38,123 nt of DNA from a virus (taxonomy: Duplodnaviria; Caudoviricetes), in the IMG/VR virus record IMGVR_UViG_3300014613_000054, positions 1 to 38,123 of that record; one strand, given 5' to 3'. How positions within the stretch are numbered: position 1 is the stretch's first letter; every line of letters starts with the position of its first letter. The notes under the pieces are model-generated. The model had not been told where the DNA came from. It saw only the letters and a program-made list of their open reading frames with translations, and ran no database searches. Below, in pieces: positions 17,175 to 27,200 of the stretch. The position numbers and the translations under genes were made by a program.

Positions 17175-17216
17175 CAAATACTGCTTTGGCCGAAAAATTG
17201 CCAAAACAATTATTGT
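17175..17216 (+). promoter_or_regulatory. 42-bp dispersed element, copy 4
   Basis: CAAATACTGCTTTGGCCGAAAAATTGCCAAAACAATTATTGT, 4 nt after the capsid stop. Confidence 0.7.
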
Positions 17217-17231
17217 AAATAGGAGTTAGTA

Positions 17232-17996
17232 ATGGCTCTGTCAACTGTTAAAGAAATGTTTATAGCTGCTACCGGAAGGCGTGACCTAGATACTACGTCA
17301 GCTACCGGCGCTAACTGGTATATTAACGCAGGCCAACGCTACTTGGACTCAAAAATTGATTTTCCAAAGTCAAAAGCGAGACACGTTGTTAATTTACCTG
17401 TTGGCGGTTATGTAGTAACGTTTCCTGATTGCAGAGCCATTACTAACGTTTACATTGCTAACTCTAATGGCAGGGTTGAGCTTGAAGCAAAAACAGAACT
17501 TTGGCTTGTTGAAGCGTATCCTAAGTTTTACTCCTCTATTGATACAGCTTTAAAGCCTGGGGTGCTTAACGTTGCCAGTGAAGACCTAAGCACTCCGGCG
17601 TATTACGCTCCAATTGTTGATAGACTCTCGCCAGTGCAGAACGACTTTACACGCGCGGCGAGTAGAACGTTTCGCTACGGCATGGAAGGGCTTATTCCTG
17701 GTGTTAGTGGTCGTTACCGTACGGTAATGATTGCCCCGCCTACAAAGACAGCGATTAGCGTTGAAATTTATGGCTACTTCTTCTCGTCAGAATTAGTAGC
17801 CGACACAGATAGATCGTACTGGACCGAGATATATCCAGCAGCCTTAGTACAGGCTGCGGTTGCTATTCTTGAAGCTATGCAAGGCTCAAGTGATAGAATG
17901 CAGATGCACTTCAAAGTTGCCCTTGAGCTTGCTGGCGGTGCTGCAAAAGACGCGGCTATTGAAAGCTGTGCCGGTCTGATGGAAATGGAAGGTTAG
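17232..17996 (+). CDS. Putative head-tail adaptor/connector protein
   Basis: AGGAG RBS, directly after the capsid gene. N-terminal helices with YINAGQRYL and C-terminal YWTEIYPAALVQAA typical of adaptor proteins. Confidence 0.65.
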   Translation: MALSTVKEMFIAATGRRDLDTTSATGANWYINAGQRYLDSKIDFPKSKARHVVNLPVGGYVVTFPDCRAITNVYIANSNGRVELEAKTELWLVEAYPKFYSSIDTALKPGVLNVASEDLSTPAYYAPIVDRLSPVQNDFTRAASRTFRYGMEGLIPGVSGRYRTVMIAPPTKTAISVEIYGYFFSSELVADTDRSYWTEIYPAALVQAAVAILEAMQGSSDRMQMHFKVALELAGGAAKDAAIESCAGLMEMEG

Positions 17997-18000
17997 CAAT

Positions 18001-18351
18001 ATGTCTAATGATGCAATAACGATGACTGATTTAGTTGTTACCGCAGGTGGTGGAACACTTACTGGAGTGTTGCCTACTCAAGTTGTTACCCCTCCTACGG
18101 CGGTGTTTGGAGTATCGGCAACTACTGATCATAACGCAGAGGCGTTCCTGGCTTGGCTACTAGACGCTTATTTTAGTGCTCAAGCAGCCGAAGTCGATGA
18201 TTCAGACGACTGGATAGTACGCCGAAATATTTCTGGCAACCCTACTGCTGGAGGAGATATGTGTATATCGTACGTGGTTAAATTTCCTGTTCCAACTGAC
18301 GACTTGATTTCAAGCGATCACATTAGCGCCGTTAGCGGCCCGGAGGCGTAA
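18001..18351 (+). CDS. Hypothetical protein (structural region)
   Basis: Tightly packed 116-aa ORF with phage-typical codon usage. Confidence 0.7.
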   Translation: MSNDAITMTDLVVTAGGGTLTGVLPTQVVTPPTAVFGVSATTDHNAEAFLAWLLDAYFSAQAAEVDDSDDWIVRRNISGNPTAGGDMCISYVVKFPVPTDDLISSDHISAVSGPEA

Positions 18352-18353
18352 CT

Positions 18354-18869
18354 ATGCCAAAACAACTTTTTCTGCGTACCAACAATAATCCTATACGTTA
18401 CATAACGGTTAAGAAGTATATTGTTCCACTAACGCAGTACGCAAGCGTGCCGGACGTCGAAGGCGTTCTATTTAAAATGTTTATGCCATTTACCGGCATC
18501 GCACGCAACGCGTTACTATCGTTCGAAGAAGGAACAGATACGCCTATACGTGTTACTGCTACACTTGTTAGTGGCGTTCTTACGTCTTCCTGGACGGCCA
18601 ACGCTAAAGTAGGTCAGAGCACCATATCTGGCAAATTCAACGTGCGTACCGGTGATAAGCTGCTTATTACAGTTCCGCCAGACAAAAAAGTTACCGGAGC
18701 TTGGCTTTCGCTTGTAGTCGAGCCAGAGAACCTTGATAGTACAGAGGTCACCAATGCCAGTGCACATCGAACGGTTGAAAGACGGGAGCTACCAAGTATC
18801 GACACCGAACCAGGTCCACGCGAAACGAACAACGAGGAAGAAAGCCCTAGCTCAGCAACGTCTGCTTAA
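18354..18869 (+). CDS. Hypothetical beta-rich protein (structural region)
   Basis: GGAGG RBS, 171 aa. The low-complexity tail overlaps the next gene. Confidence 0.7.
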   Translation: MPKQLFLRTNNNPIRYITVKKYIVPLTQYASVPDVEGVLFKMFMPFTGIARNALLSFEEGTDTPIRVTATLVSGVLTSSWTANAKVGQSTISGKFNVRTGDKLLITVPPDKKVTGAWLSLVVEPENLDSTEVTNASAHRTVERRELPSIDTEPGPRETNNEEESPSSATSA

Positions 18870-18915
18870 CGCTATCGAGCACAATCCAAATTTTAAGCCG
18901 CGTAAAGGTAGTTGA
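18754..18915 (+). CDS. Small basic hypothetical protein (53 aa)
   Basis: GAGG RBS and ATG 18754. MPVHIERLKDGSYQVSTPNQVHAKRTTRKKALAQQRLLNAIEH resembles small basic proteins common in phage head/tail modules. Confidence 0.65.
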   Translation: MPVHIERLKDGSYQVSTPNQVHAKRTTRKKALAQQRLLNAIEHNPNFKPRKGS

Positions 18916-18920
18916 TTGTT

Positions 18921-20489
18921 ATGGGTGTCGAACGTGCGTTAGTTCTTAAAGAAGGTTTGGCTCTTGGTCTAAGGCGTGATGCACGTAGCGCACGCAATAC
19001 GCAAGAGCTTGTCGCGCTTCAAAATCTAAGGCCGTCTGCCAACGGCCTTGTCGTTTCTAAAACCGTGACACTCCCCCCGTCCTTTCCTACAGTCTCCTGG
19101 CCTAACCCACAACTGCTCAGAGGCAAGAGCCAAACCTTCTTGTGTAACGAAACGAGTATAAGCACGTTAAGCGAAGCTGACTGGAGCGCTACAGAACTAA
19201 CGCTATACGACGCTTACAGTGACCTTACTGCCGGCAGTATAATTGCTGGCAAGTGGTGGCACTTGGTTGACTTCTTTGACACTTGGATTTTGCTTAACGG
19301 AAGCAGCGTTGTTTTTCATACGAACGAGTATTTGATGCAAGGGCGGGCTGATAAGAATCTAGTTCAAAGCACTATTAGTATGCAAGCTGGCTGTGACTTT
19401 CGAGGGCAGGCTATCTTTGGGGGCTTTAATGTTGCAAATTACTACAACAGCAAGTGGACAGATTTTTGGACGGACTGGAATACCAGAGCCGGAACTGGTG
19501 TGGAAATACAGTTAACTATGAATTCTAATTTCGTGTCCTGGTCCAGTATTGGTGGTGGCGACTTGCTTTGGCAAATTGAATTGGATAAAGCTCTTTTAGG
19601 TTATGCTAACGGCTACGACTACGGCTATGATAAGCCGTTACTTTTTGACTATATGTCTAACGGCTTTATGCCCATTCCATATTACGGCAGCATTCTCGCG
19701 GTTAAGGCGCTTGAGAACGTCGTAATTGTTTATACAACTTCTGGCATAGGCGCTTTGGTTCCTGGAATAGTTGGGGACATTCCAACGTTCGGCTTTCGTC
19801 ATTTGCTGTACTCTGGCATTAAAGGCCGTGGTGCTGTGGGCGGCGACCTGCACGAGCATGTTTTTATTGATAACGAAGGAGATGTTTGGCGGCTAACGCC
19901 AGAGTTGCAGCCTAAGTTGCTTGGTTACAAGGAGTTCTTTTCTTCTCTTACTGCTGCTGATCTAGGTGTCGCTTTTGAATCTGGTGATGCTGGGCCTATC
20001 GCTAGACGGGAGTACTACCTAGGTGATGGCTCGGCTACGTATATTTTGACACCGCAAGGCTTATGCTCAAGCAGCTTAAAGCCTACTTCGCTAATTCGGT
20101 CTGGCAGCTCTGTAGTCGGGGCAGCAGTTGCCGGTTCCTTAGCTGGACTAGCGAGTGTGTCGCTTACTAGTGATACGATTGACTGCGGCGACCGGGGCCG
20201 TAAGGTCATCGGCTGGATAGAAGTCGGCTGCACGGACATAGCTGACCTTGCGGTGTCTTTATACTACCGTTATGACGCTAGCGAAACGTTCTTTCAAACT
20301 GACTGGGTTGAAGCCAACAACGAAGGCTGTGCTTTCTTAGGCGTTGCTTGTCAAGACTTTCGTGTTGCCGTGCAAGGAACGGCTGGCAGTGATGCCCACG
20401 TGGACTATATCAAGATTAGGTGGCGGCAGGATGATGCGCGTTATCGACGTGGACTGGAAGAAGGAGCGGGTCAACAAAGTGCTAGTTAA
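18921..20489 (+). CDS. Putative tail nozzle/stabilization protein
   Basis: About 520-aa beta-propeller-like sequence in the position of podovirus tail tubular/P22 gp10-type proteins. ATG 18921 preferred as start. Confidence 0.6.
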   Translation: MGVERALVLKEGLALGLRRDARSARNTQELVALQNLRPSANGLVVSKTVTLPPSFPTVSWPNPQLLRGKSQTFLCNETSISTLSEADWSATELTLYDAYSDLTAGSIIAGKWWHLVDFFDTWILLNGSSVVFHTNEYLMQGRADKNLVQSTISMQAGCDFRGQAIFGGFNVANYYNSKWTDFWTDWNTRAGTGVEIQLTMNSNFVSWSSIGGGDLLWQIELDKALLGYANGYDYGYDKPLLFDYMSNGFMPIPYYGSILAVKALENVVIVYTTSGIGALVPGIVGDIPTFGFRHLLYSGIKGRGAVGGDLHEHVFIDNEGDVWRLTPELQPKLLGYKEFFSSLTAADLGVAFESGDAGPIARREYYLGDGSATYILTPQGLCSSSLKPTSLIRSGSSVVGAAVAGSLAGLASVSLTSDTIDCGDRGRKVIGWIEVGCTDIADLAVSLYYRYDASETFFQTDWVEANNEGCAFLGVACQDFRVAVQGTAGSDAHVDYIKIRWRQDDARYRRGLEEGAGQQSAS

Positions 20490-20925
20490 ATTTACGCCAG
20501 GACAAGTTGCTGAGAATTGGCAGTACTTGGAGCCAGGAATCCGTACGGCCCTGCCACCGTTTACGTACGAAGATCCAGAGCGGATGAATAATATTCACCA
20601 GGCTTTGCTTTCTGGCCTGATTGACTGTTGGGTCGGCAACATTCAAGTCAACGGCTCTTGGAAGCCGTATGGATTTATGCTTACTACATTGTCGGAAGAC
20701 ACAATTAGTGGCGTAAAGAACTTGCTTATTTATGTTGTTTATAGCTATAGCAAGATTCCGTTGAAGGAATTTGAAGCTAATATCGGTACCATAGTTAGCC
20801 ATGCCAAGAACTTGGGTTGTCATAGGATAGTTGCTTATACTAGCGTACCTAAATTGCTGGCAATAGCTAAAGAGCTTGGTGGTGATACTGATTATCGTTT
20901 TGTTACATTTGACATAGCGGAGTGA
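20479..20925 (+). CDS. Hypothetical protein, possible GNAT-like fold
   Basis: AAGGAG at 20461 before GTG 20479 (alternative ATG 20431). AKNLGCHRIVAYT is GNAT-like. Located between nozzle and ejection proteins. Confidence 0.55.
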   Translation: MLVKFTPGQVAENWQYLEPGIRTALPPFTYEDPERMNNIHQALLSGLIDCWVGNIQVNGSWKPYGFMLTTLSEDTISGVKNLLIYVVYSYSKIPLKEFEANIGTIVSHAKNLGCHRIVAYTSVPKLLAIAKELGGDTDYRFVTFDIAE

Positions 20926-20929
20926 CAAA

Positions 20930-22210
20930 ATGTCTAATGATAAGCTGTTGTTTGGTAACAATTTTGAGCACTACGTATTGGAGAATACCCTTGTTTGTAA
21001 AGGTGGTGGTGGCGGCGGTGGCTCGTCTGGAGCAGTTAGTTGGCCGAGTTACCAAGAGTGGGGGCAGCGTAGGTTGCTGTATCGTGGCATTGGTACTGAC
21101 GAAAATACTGGTGGTGTTAATGTTGAGTCGGCTATCTTAGACGCTTATGGTAATAGTCCGTATGCTAATATTGCTGCTTACGACCCAGACGGTGGAACAG
21201 GCACGCCCCTTGCAGTAAATGATGCCCGCTACGCTACGTTTGATGCGTTAGTTGCTGCACTTGATCCAGAAACTGATTGGGAAACTTTTGTAAGTGCTGC
21301 GGCTACTGCTATGGCTTCTGATGTCTTGCCTGACGCTTGGGCTAAAGACTTTATTACTGCTCTTTACGCCGATGCTGTAGCACTAAGTCCTACTACTGAC
21401 TGGACTACGTTTCTTGAGCAGGCTGCTACTAAGATCGACGAGGACTTGATCCCGGAAGACGGTTATGTTGACGACGTGATTGACGCGTTTGATGACCAGC
21501 AAACTAATATGCTATTGCGTTATACGAATAGGTTTGCTTCTGGGATGCGTGACATTAATGCAGTTTGCAGCTCAGCGTTCGTGCAAGGGATTGCGTACTT
21601 GCAAAATCTGCACGCCAGAGACGTAGCAAAGTTTGGTTCTGACTTACGTTTGCAGCTTGCCAGAGAACGTGTGGGATTGGTCAGCAGTGCGGTCGATCAA
21701 ATGGCTCAAATGAACGATCGTAAAATGTTGCATAAGCAGCAACTTGTTGCCGAATATGGCCAGTTAGCTACTGCTAAAGCGACTGCAATTTTACAGGCAG
21801 CAGCTACGCTAGTACAGTCGTTGTATAACAAAATTCAAGTTGACCAAGCTTCAACAAGTTTACTTGTTGATATGAACCGAATAGCAATAGTTGCGCGAAA
21901 AGAGCGAACAGACGTTGAGGCTGAGTATACTATCCGACAGGGAACATGGGACTTAGAGCTGTTCCAATACGCATGTAATGTCCTGGCTGCGATTCAAGGT
22001 GGCATTGGTGGTCCTGGAGGCGCTACTATGAGTGCCAAGCCATCAGGTAGTGCTCTTGGAGGAGCGTTGAGTGGCGGTGCCTCTGGAGCGTTAGGCGGCG
22101 CAATGATAGGCGGCATGGCTACTAGCTGGACCGGTCCTGGTGCTCTTATCGGTGCAGGAGTTGGCGCTCTTGTAGGCGGTCTAGGTGGTTATGCTGCTAC
22201 AAGTGCGTAA
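20930..22210 (+). CDS. Putative internal virion (ejection) protein
   Basis: KGGGGGGSSG N-terminal motif, Ala/Gln-rich helices and a C-terminal glycine-zipper hydrophobic tail. Confidence 0.65.
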   Translation: MSNDKLLFGNNFEHYVLENTLVCKGGGGGGGSSGAVSWPSYQEWGQRRLLYRGIGTDENTGGVNVESAILDAYGNSPYANIAAYDPDGGTGTPLAVNDARYATFDALVAALDPETDWETFVSAAATAMASDVLPDAWAKDFITALYADAVALSPTTDWTTFLEQAATKIDEDLIPEDGYVDDVIDAFDDQQTNMLLRYTNRFASGMRDINAVCSSAFVQGIAYLQNLHARDVAKFGSDLRLQLARERVGLVSSAVDQMAQMNDRKMLHKQQLVAEYGQLATAKATAILQAAATLVQSLYNKIQVDQASTSLLVDMNRIAIVARKERTDVEAEYTIRQGTWDLELFQYACNVLAAIQGGIGGPGGATMSAKPSGSALGGALSGGASGALGGAMIGGMATSWTGPGALIGAGVGALVGGLGGYAATSA

Positions 22211-22246
22211 GAGCAAATATTTTATTGTCTGAACAAGAATTGCAAA

Positions 22247-22729
22247 ATGGGCAACTTCGAAAAAAAATTTCGTCAGTCTGCTAAGCTTATATCGTTACTT
22301 ACTGGCGATGTAGCTGCAGTAACAGCTACGTTCATGTCTGCTTGGGTTGTTGAGCGTTATCAAAAGCAACAACGGGCAAATAAACGTATGATGGAGCTTC
22401 GTAAGAAGCAAGAAGCGGCGAAGAAAGCCAAAGCTCGTGCAGAGGAAGTACGTAAGAAGTTTAGAAAGCAGCGCGATGCTGAGCTTGAACGTGAAGCAGC
22501 TAGGCGTAAGGACTACGAAGGCGAACGGACAGCTTTAGGTGGCCCTAGAGACGGTAGACAAGCAGCCCTACCTATAGTAAATAGGCCAAGAAAGGGTTTT
22601 CCTTTGGTTGTTAAGCAACGTAGGCCGCCAGAGTCTAGGCTGCGTAGCTACGTTGCTGCTGCGTTGCCTGAACAAGAACCCTGGTACGCTGAATATGAAC
22701 GTGAAAGAATCGACCTTGAAGGAGGTTAA
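22247..22729 (+). CDS. Highly basic coiled-coil hypothetical protein
   Basis: Fills the gap between ejection genes. K/R/E-rich. Start uncertain. Confidence 0.6.
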   Translation: MGNFEKKFRQSAKLISLLTGDVAAVTATFMSAWVVERYQKQQRANKRMMELRKKQEAAKKAKARAEEVRKKFRKQRDAELEREAARRKDYEGERTALGGPRDGRQAALPIVNRPRKGFPLVVKQRRPPESRLRSYVAAALPEQEPWYAEYERERIDLEGG

Positions 22730-22734
22730 CTAAC

Positions 22735-24228
22735 GTGGCAGTTCCAATCGGTAATATACTAATGCAAAGCCAAGGAGCTTTTGGTGCTGGTGCAATGACG
22801 CCGGCAGTGCCAGCTAGTGCTTACGCAACTACGCCACAAACTGGGGTATTGACACCTGCTGCACAAATGACGGCTCCACAACAAACTGGCTCTGTCTGGG
22901 CACAACAAGCTCCTGGCGGACCTTTATCGCAGCCTAAAGTTGATGCTTGGAACGATCCAAAAACATACATGGCTCTAGCCAAGTTTGTCAATACTATTGG
23001 CGGAATTGTAGGGCAGGGCAACCCTAAATCGGAAGCTTTGAACAAGTTTGCTACTGACCTTATTGGAAGCTATGCTCAGGCTGCTGGCTATAACGCAGTG
23101 CAAAAGCCAGCTGGCGCGCAGCAAGGCAGTGCGTTGGGATCGACTGCACAACAGGCTAATGTTTCTGGGCAGTTTAGTTTTGGCGCTCAGCCTGCTGGGC
23201 AACCGCCTAGCGCTTCGTCCCCTTTCGGCCTCGGTGGTAGTCCTGGCCCAGCGGCGCCACCGTCTAATGTAGCTGGGCAACAGGCTGCGCCTGCGTGGGG
23301 TGAGTACTTGCAGTTCATGACGCAAGAGCAGCAGAACCAACTTATAGGTAACGTGATCAATTCGCTGCAAGCAAGTGTGCAAGAACGCAGCCAAGCTTTG
23401 GCAGAACGCAAGCAGCAAGTTGAAGAAGCTCGCTACCCTGGCGAGAAAGCGTTTGAAGAGCGTAGAGTCAAGGTTGCTGAGCAAGGAGCTGTTTCAGAAG
23501 CAGTTCGTGCTGCTACTGGCGTAGCTGGCTTAGGCTTAGAGGCGGAGCGTAATAAGATCAACTGGGCTGGTGTAGCTAACGATAATAGAAGACTAGCTTT
23601 GGCTGCTCAAGAGCTTAAGATGGGTAAGATCTTTCCTACTGGCATTGATGGCGTAATTGGAAAGCAAGACAGTAGTGGAAATGTTACTTGGCTTCATCCA
23701 CTTAATGATCCCAATGTAGCTCCTTTTATAAAGGCTCTTAACACTGGCAAACTACCTACTAGTTATGCAACTAATATTTATGGCCCAGTCAACCGTGGCT
23801 TGGCTGCTTCATACTATAATGCTGCCAAGGAAAATGCCGTAGTACGTGCTGGTATTGAGAATAGAACGGCAGAGGGCCTAAAGAAACTTGAAGCTCTATT
23901 CATGGATGTTAGTGGAAATATTGATCCTGGGAAGGTCTTTTCCTACTTACCCGAGCCAATGCAAAAAGAGTTTCACGACTTGCAGGTCTCAAGCGGTATA
24001 ATTCCAAACCAAGCGTTTGGAGCAAGCAAGTTTGGTAGCGTAGCTGCTCCGCAGCAAGCTGTAGAGCCTAACGTTAAGTCAGAAGACTACGAGCAAGGTA
24101 GAGCTGATATACTAAATTACTGGCGTGGTAGGGATATGGCAGTATTTACGAAGCTAGTAACTGATCACGCCTTGCTTAAGAAAACTGTCATTGACTACCT
24201 TCGAGCTAATGGAAAGGTCGCCCCATGA
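22735..24228 (+). CDS. Putative internal virion (ejection) protein
   Basis: AAGGAGGT RBS and GTG start. Gln/Ala/Pro/Gly-rich with a coiled-coil middle. ATGA overlap with the next gene. Confidence 0.65.
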   Translation: MAVPIGNILMQSQGAFGAGAMTPAVPASAYATTPQTGVLTPAAQMTAPQQTGSVWAQQAPGGPLSQPKVDAWNDPKTYMALAKFVNTIGGIVGQGNPKSEALNKFATDLIGSYAQAAGYNAVQKPAGAQQGSALGSTAQQANVSGQFSFGAQPAGQPPSASSPFGLGGSPGPAAPPSNVAGQQAAPAWGEYLQFMTQEQQNQLIGNVINSLQASVQERSQALAERKQQVEEARYPGEKAFEERRVKVAEQGAVSEAVRAATGVAGLGLEAERNKINWAGVANDNRRLALAAQELKMGKIFPTGIDGVIGKQDSSGNVTWLHPLNDPNVAPFIKALNTGKLPTSYATNIYGPVNRGLAASYYNAAKENAVVRAGIENRTAEGLKKLEALFMDVSGNIDPGKVFSYLPEPMQKEFHDLQVSSGIIPNQAFGASKFGSVAAPQQAVEPNVKSEDYEQGRADILNYWRGRDMAVFTKLVTDHALLKKTVIDYLRANGKVAP

Positions 24229-27200
24229 CGCCAGAAGAGTTCTATAAAAATTCTACGCTGCAAGGGAGCCAAGCGGCTCCCTCTTCTATAGTTACACCAG
24301 AGCAGTACTTTGGTGGCCTAAACGAAGAATGGCGTAAGAGCTCAGAAGTGCCTAAGCCAGCAAGCTCGGTTGAGGCACTCTATCATGGTTTAACAGCCAA
24401 GGGCCAGCCTATAACTACAATGCAAGGTCTTGGACGGCTAGTGCCGTTCTCACAGTCGCTATACGGCATTCTTGCTGGCAGTGACTATAAAGCTGCTGTT
24501 GAACATATTCGTGATGGGGTAGCTACGCTGTACGATGAAGCTCTTGTGCGTAAAAGTTTTGAGTTGCAAGAGCAACTGCCAGACGAAGAGCGTGCGTCAT
24601 TTAGCTACAACTTAGGCAACATGCTAGGCAATACGCTTCCTTGGATGGGGGAGTTTGTTGGTGCTGGCCTAGCGTTTAAGCCTGCTGCTGCGCTTACACG
24701 TGCAGCGTTAGGCCGTGCAGCAGCAACTACACTTCGTGGTCGTGCGGCGGTCTGGCTAGGCGGAGCTGTTGGGCAAACTATTGCGCAGCCTACACGTATA
24801 GTTGAAAACATGATCGAGCGGCGAACGCCACAGATTAGCTTGCAGCCTGGTGAAAAGGGAGAACTAAGCTTTATAGTTTCAGAAGCCACTGACGAAGAGT
24901 TCTGGCCAGCTTTATGCAAAGCTATGGGTGAGACGTATATTGATACGGCATCGGAGTATTTTGGTGAAATTCCTGGCAGGGCAGTTGGCTACTTAAAAGC
25001 TGGTATAATTAAGAACTGGCTCAAACGCGGTGCTAAGACTGGCGTCAAGCGTACACCAGGAATGGTTGCTCAGCTCTATCGTGCTGCTGGATGGAATGGT
25101 ATACTTGGTGAAATGTCAGAAGAACGCTTGGCAGAGCTGCTTAAGCCTACACTATTCGTTACGGAACATTATGTCCCACCTACAGGCAAGCAGCTTCTTA
25201 CGGAAGCTGTTATGTTTAGCTTGCTTGGCGGTGCTGGCAAAGTAGCTGATATTGGTACTGAGAAAGTACGTAGAGCTTACTTTCCTACTAATTGGGAACG
25301 CGTTGCAAAGCCGCCACTGCCAGGGCTGGTTCGCATTTGGCAGCAAGAACCCGGTACTGATATTTGGACCCAGTCACCTAGTCTTGCTAGTGATGCTGAC
25401 CTAAAGGTTACGTTTGCTGACGTACCTAAGGCTGAAGTAGACAGAGCTAGTACGATTAACGGCCGTGAGATTACCTATAAGCCTAAGAAGACTGTTACGC
25501 TTGAAGGCGCTTATAGATGGAGGACCCCACTTGTAAACGCTAGACGTGACTTAAGTACGCCTGGAAAGGCTTTGCAAAAGGCGTTATACAACGCTATGTC
25601 TGCGCTACCTGCCAGTGAAGCATCGCCTAATACTGGACAAGGCTTGATTACTAAAAAGCAAAGGCGCCAAGCTGCGCTTGCTTTGGCAGCAATTGAAGAT
25701 GCTAAAGCCGCTGTCTGGGCTGATAACGAAAATTTGAAGCTTACAGACAAGGACGCAAAGCGTATTACTATTGACGACTACTACGCAAAGTATAAGCCTG
25801 AGTGGGTTGGTTTGCCAGGTACTGCAATTGGCGGCCAGTTTGATTTGGCCAACTACATGAAGACTGCCTATCTGCGTTACGGCATAGGCCAGCGTGCAGC
25901 TGATGCGTTAGTGCATGAGCTGGCTCATGGCTATACTGCTTTGGCTCTTGAAGAAGATCCTAAGAGTTTGCAAGCGTTAGTTGAAAATATCTCGCAGCGC
26001 TTAAACTTGCCGCCTAATGAAAAGATAATTGAGTCCTTGCCACCAGGCCAAGACGTTGCAGAACCAAGCCGCTGGTACGGTCCACACTTTGATACGCGTG
26101 GTGCGTTTGGTGAAGTAGGAAACAACGTTTTCTTTAGCAAAGCGTTAATCGAGCAAATTGCTCTTGATGCTGAGCGTTACGTGCAATTAGGCATTGCGCC
26201 TAACCAAGAGTTACAAAAGGCATTCACGTTTCTAGGTGATATGTATAAGGATTACGTACATAAATATAATTTAGGTTACGTAGTTGGGAATCAGCCACAA
26301 CAGATTGGCGGCTACCAAGAAGGCGGTCCTACGCCAGAAGGTCAGACTCTAACCTCTCCAGAACGCGTCCCGCAAGAGTTTATGCACTGGTATGACTCCT
26401 TGTTTAACTATCAAAATCCGATTCGTAAGATAGAATCTTTATTTGACTATACGGTTGCCGAAAGTGCAAAGGATAGTACTAGGCTGGCTGCTGCTATCTT
26501 TCCAGTATTCCAAACTCTAGGCAACGATAAGCAAGCAAGGTTAATTGCCTATAAGATTTACAATGCTAGAGCTACGATGAAGGAAGCAGTCGAACGCTCT
26601 ATTACTTTCGTAAATAGCATTAGTAAAGGTCTTACCGAAGCCGACGTTAAAGCTATTGAGCCTATGCTGCAACAACTTATAGATGCTGACCAAGCTAAAG
26701 CAGAAGACCTAAAGGCTTCTAATCCTAAGGTCTATAACGCAGCGATTGGCTTGCGTAGGATTTATGATGACTATCTAACACGTATTAAAGCTCATATAAA
26801 GAACGAGCTTATTGAGTCGCAAGACGACCAAGCTATGAAGGACGCGTTGCGTGCAGTGGTTGAAGGGCAAATGCCAGTTGCTGATGCAGTTGCTTACTAT
26901 AAGCTGGACGAAAAAACTGACGCAAAACGTCTAGCGTCCTTGGCAGAAGAGTATAGCAAGATCGACTCTTGGGGCTTGAAAGACTACTTTACAAATATGA
27001 CCGTTGGCTCTTACCGTTTGCTTGACGATGATGGCAAGGTACGAGTAATTGCTACTACTCGTAAGACGTTAGCAGAACGGACGGAACAATACGTTAGAGG
27101 CTTAATTACTCATGGCAAAGCGGTGCCTAGACTTTACTTGGATAACATGCTTGACTCAGCTACGCCAGCATCACTAGCCGTTAATAACGATGCTTACTTT

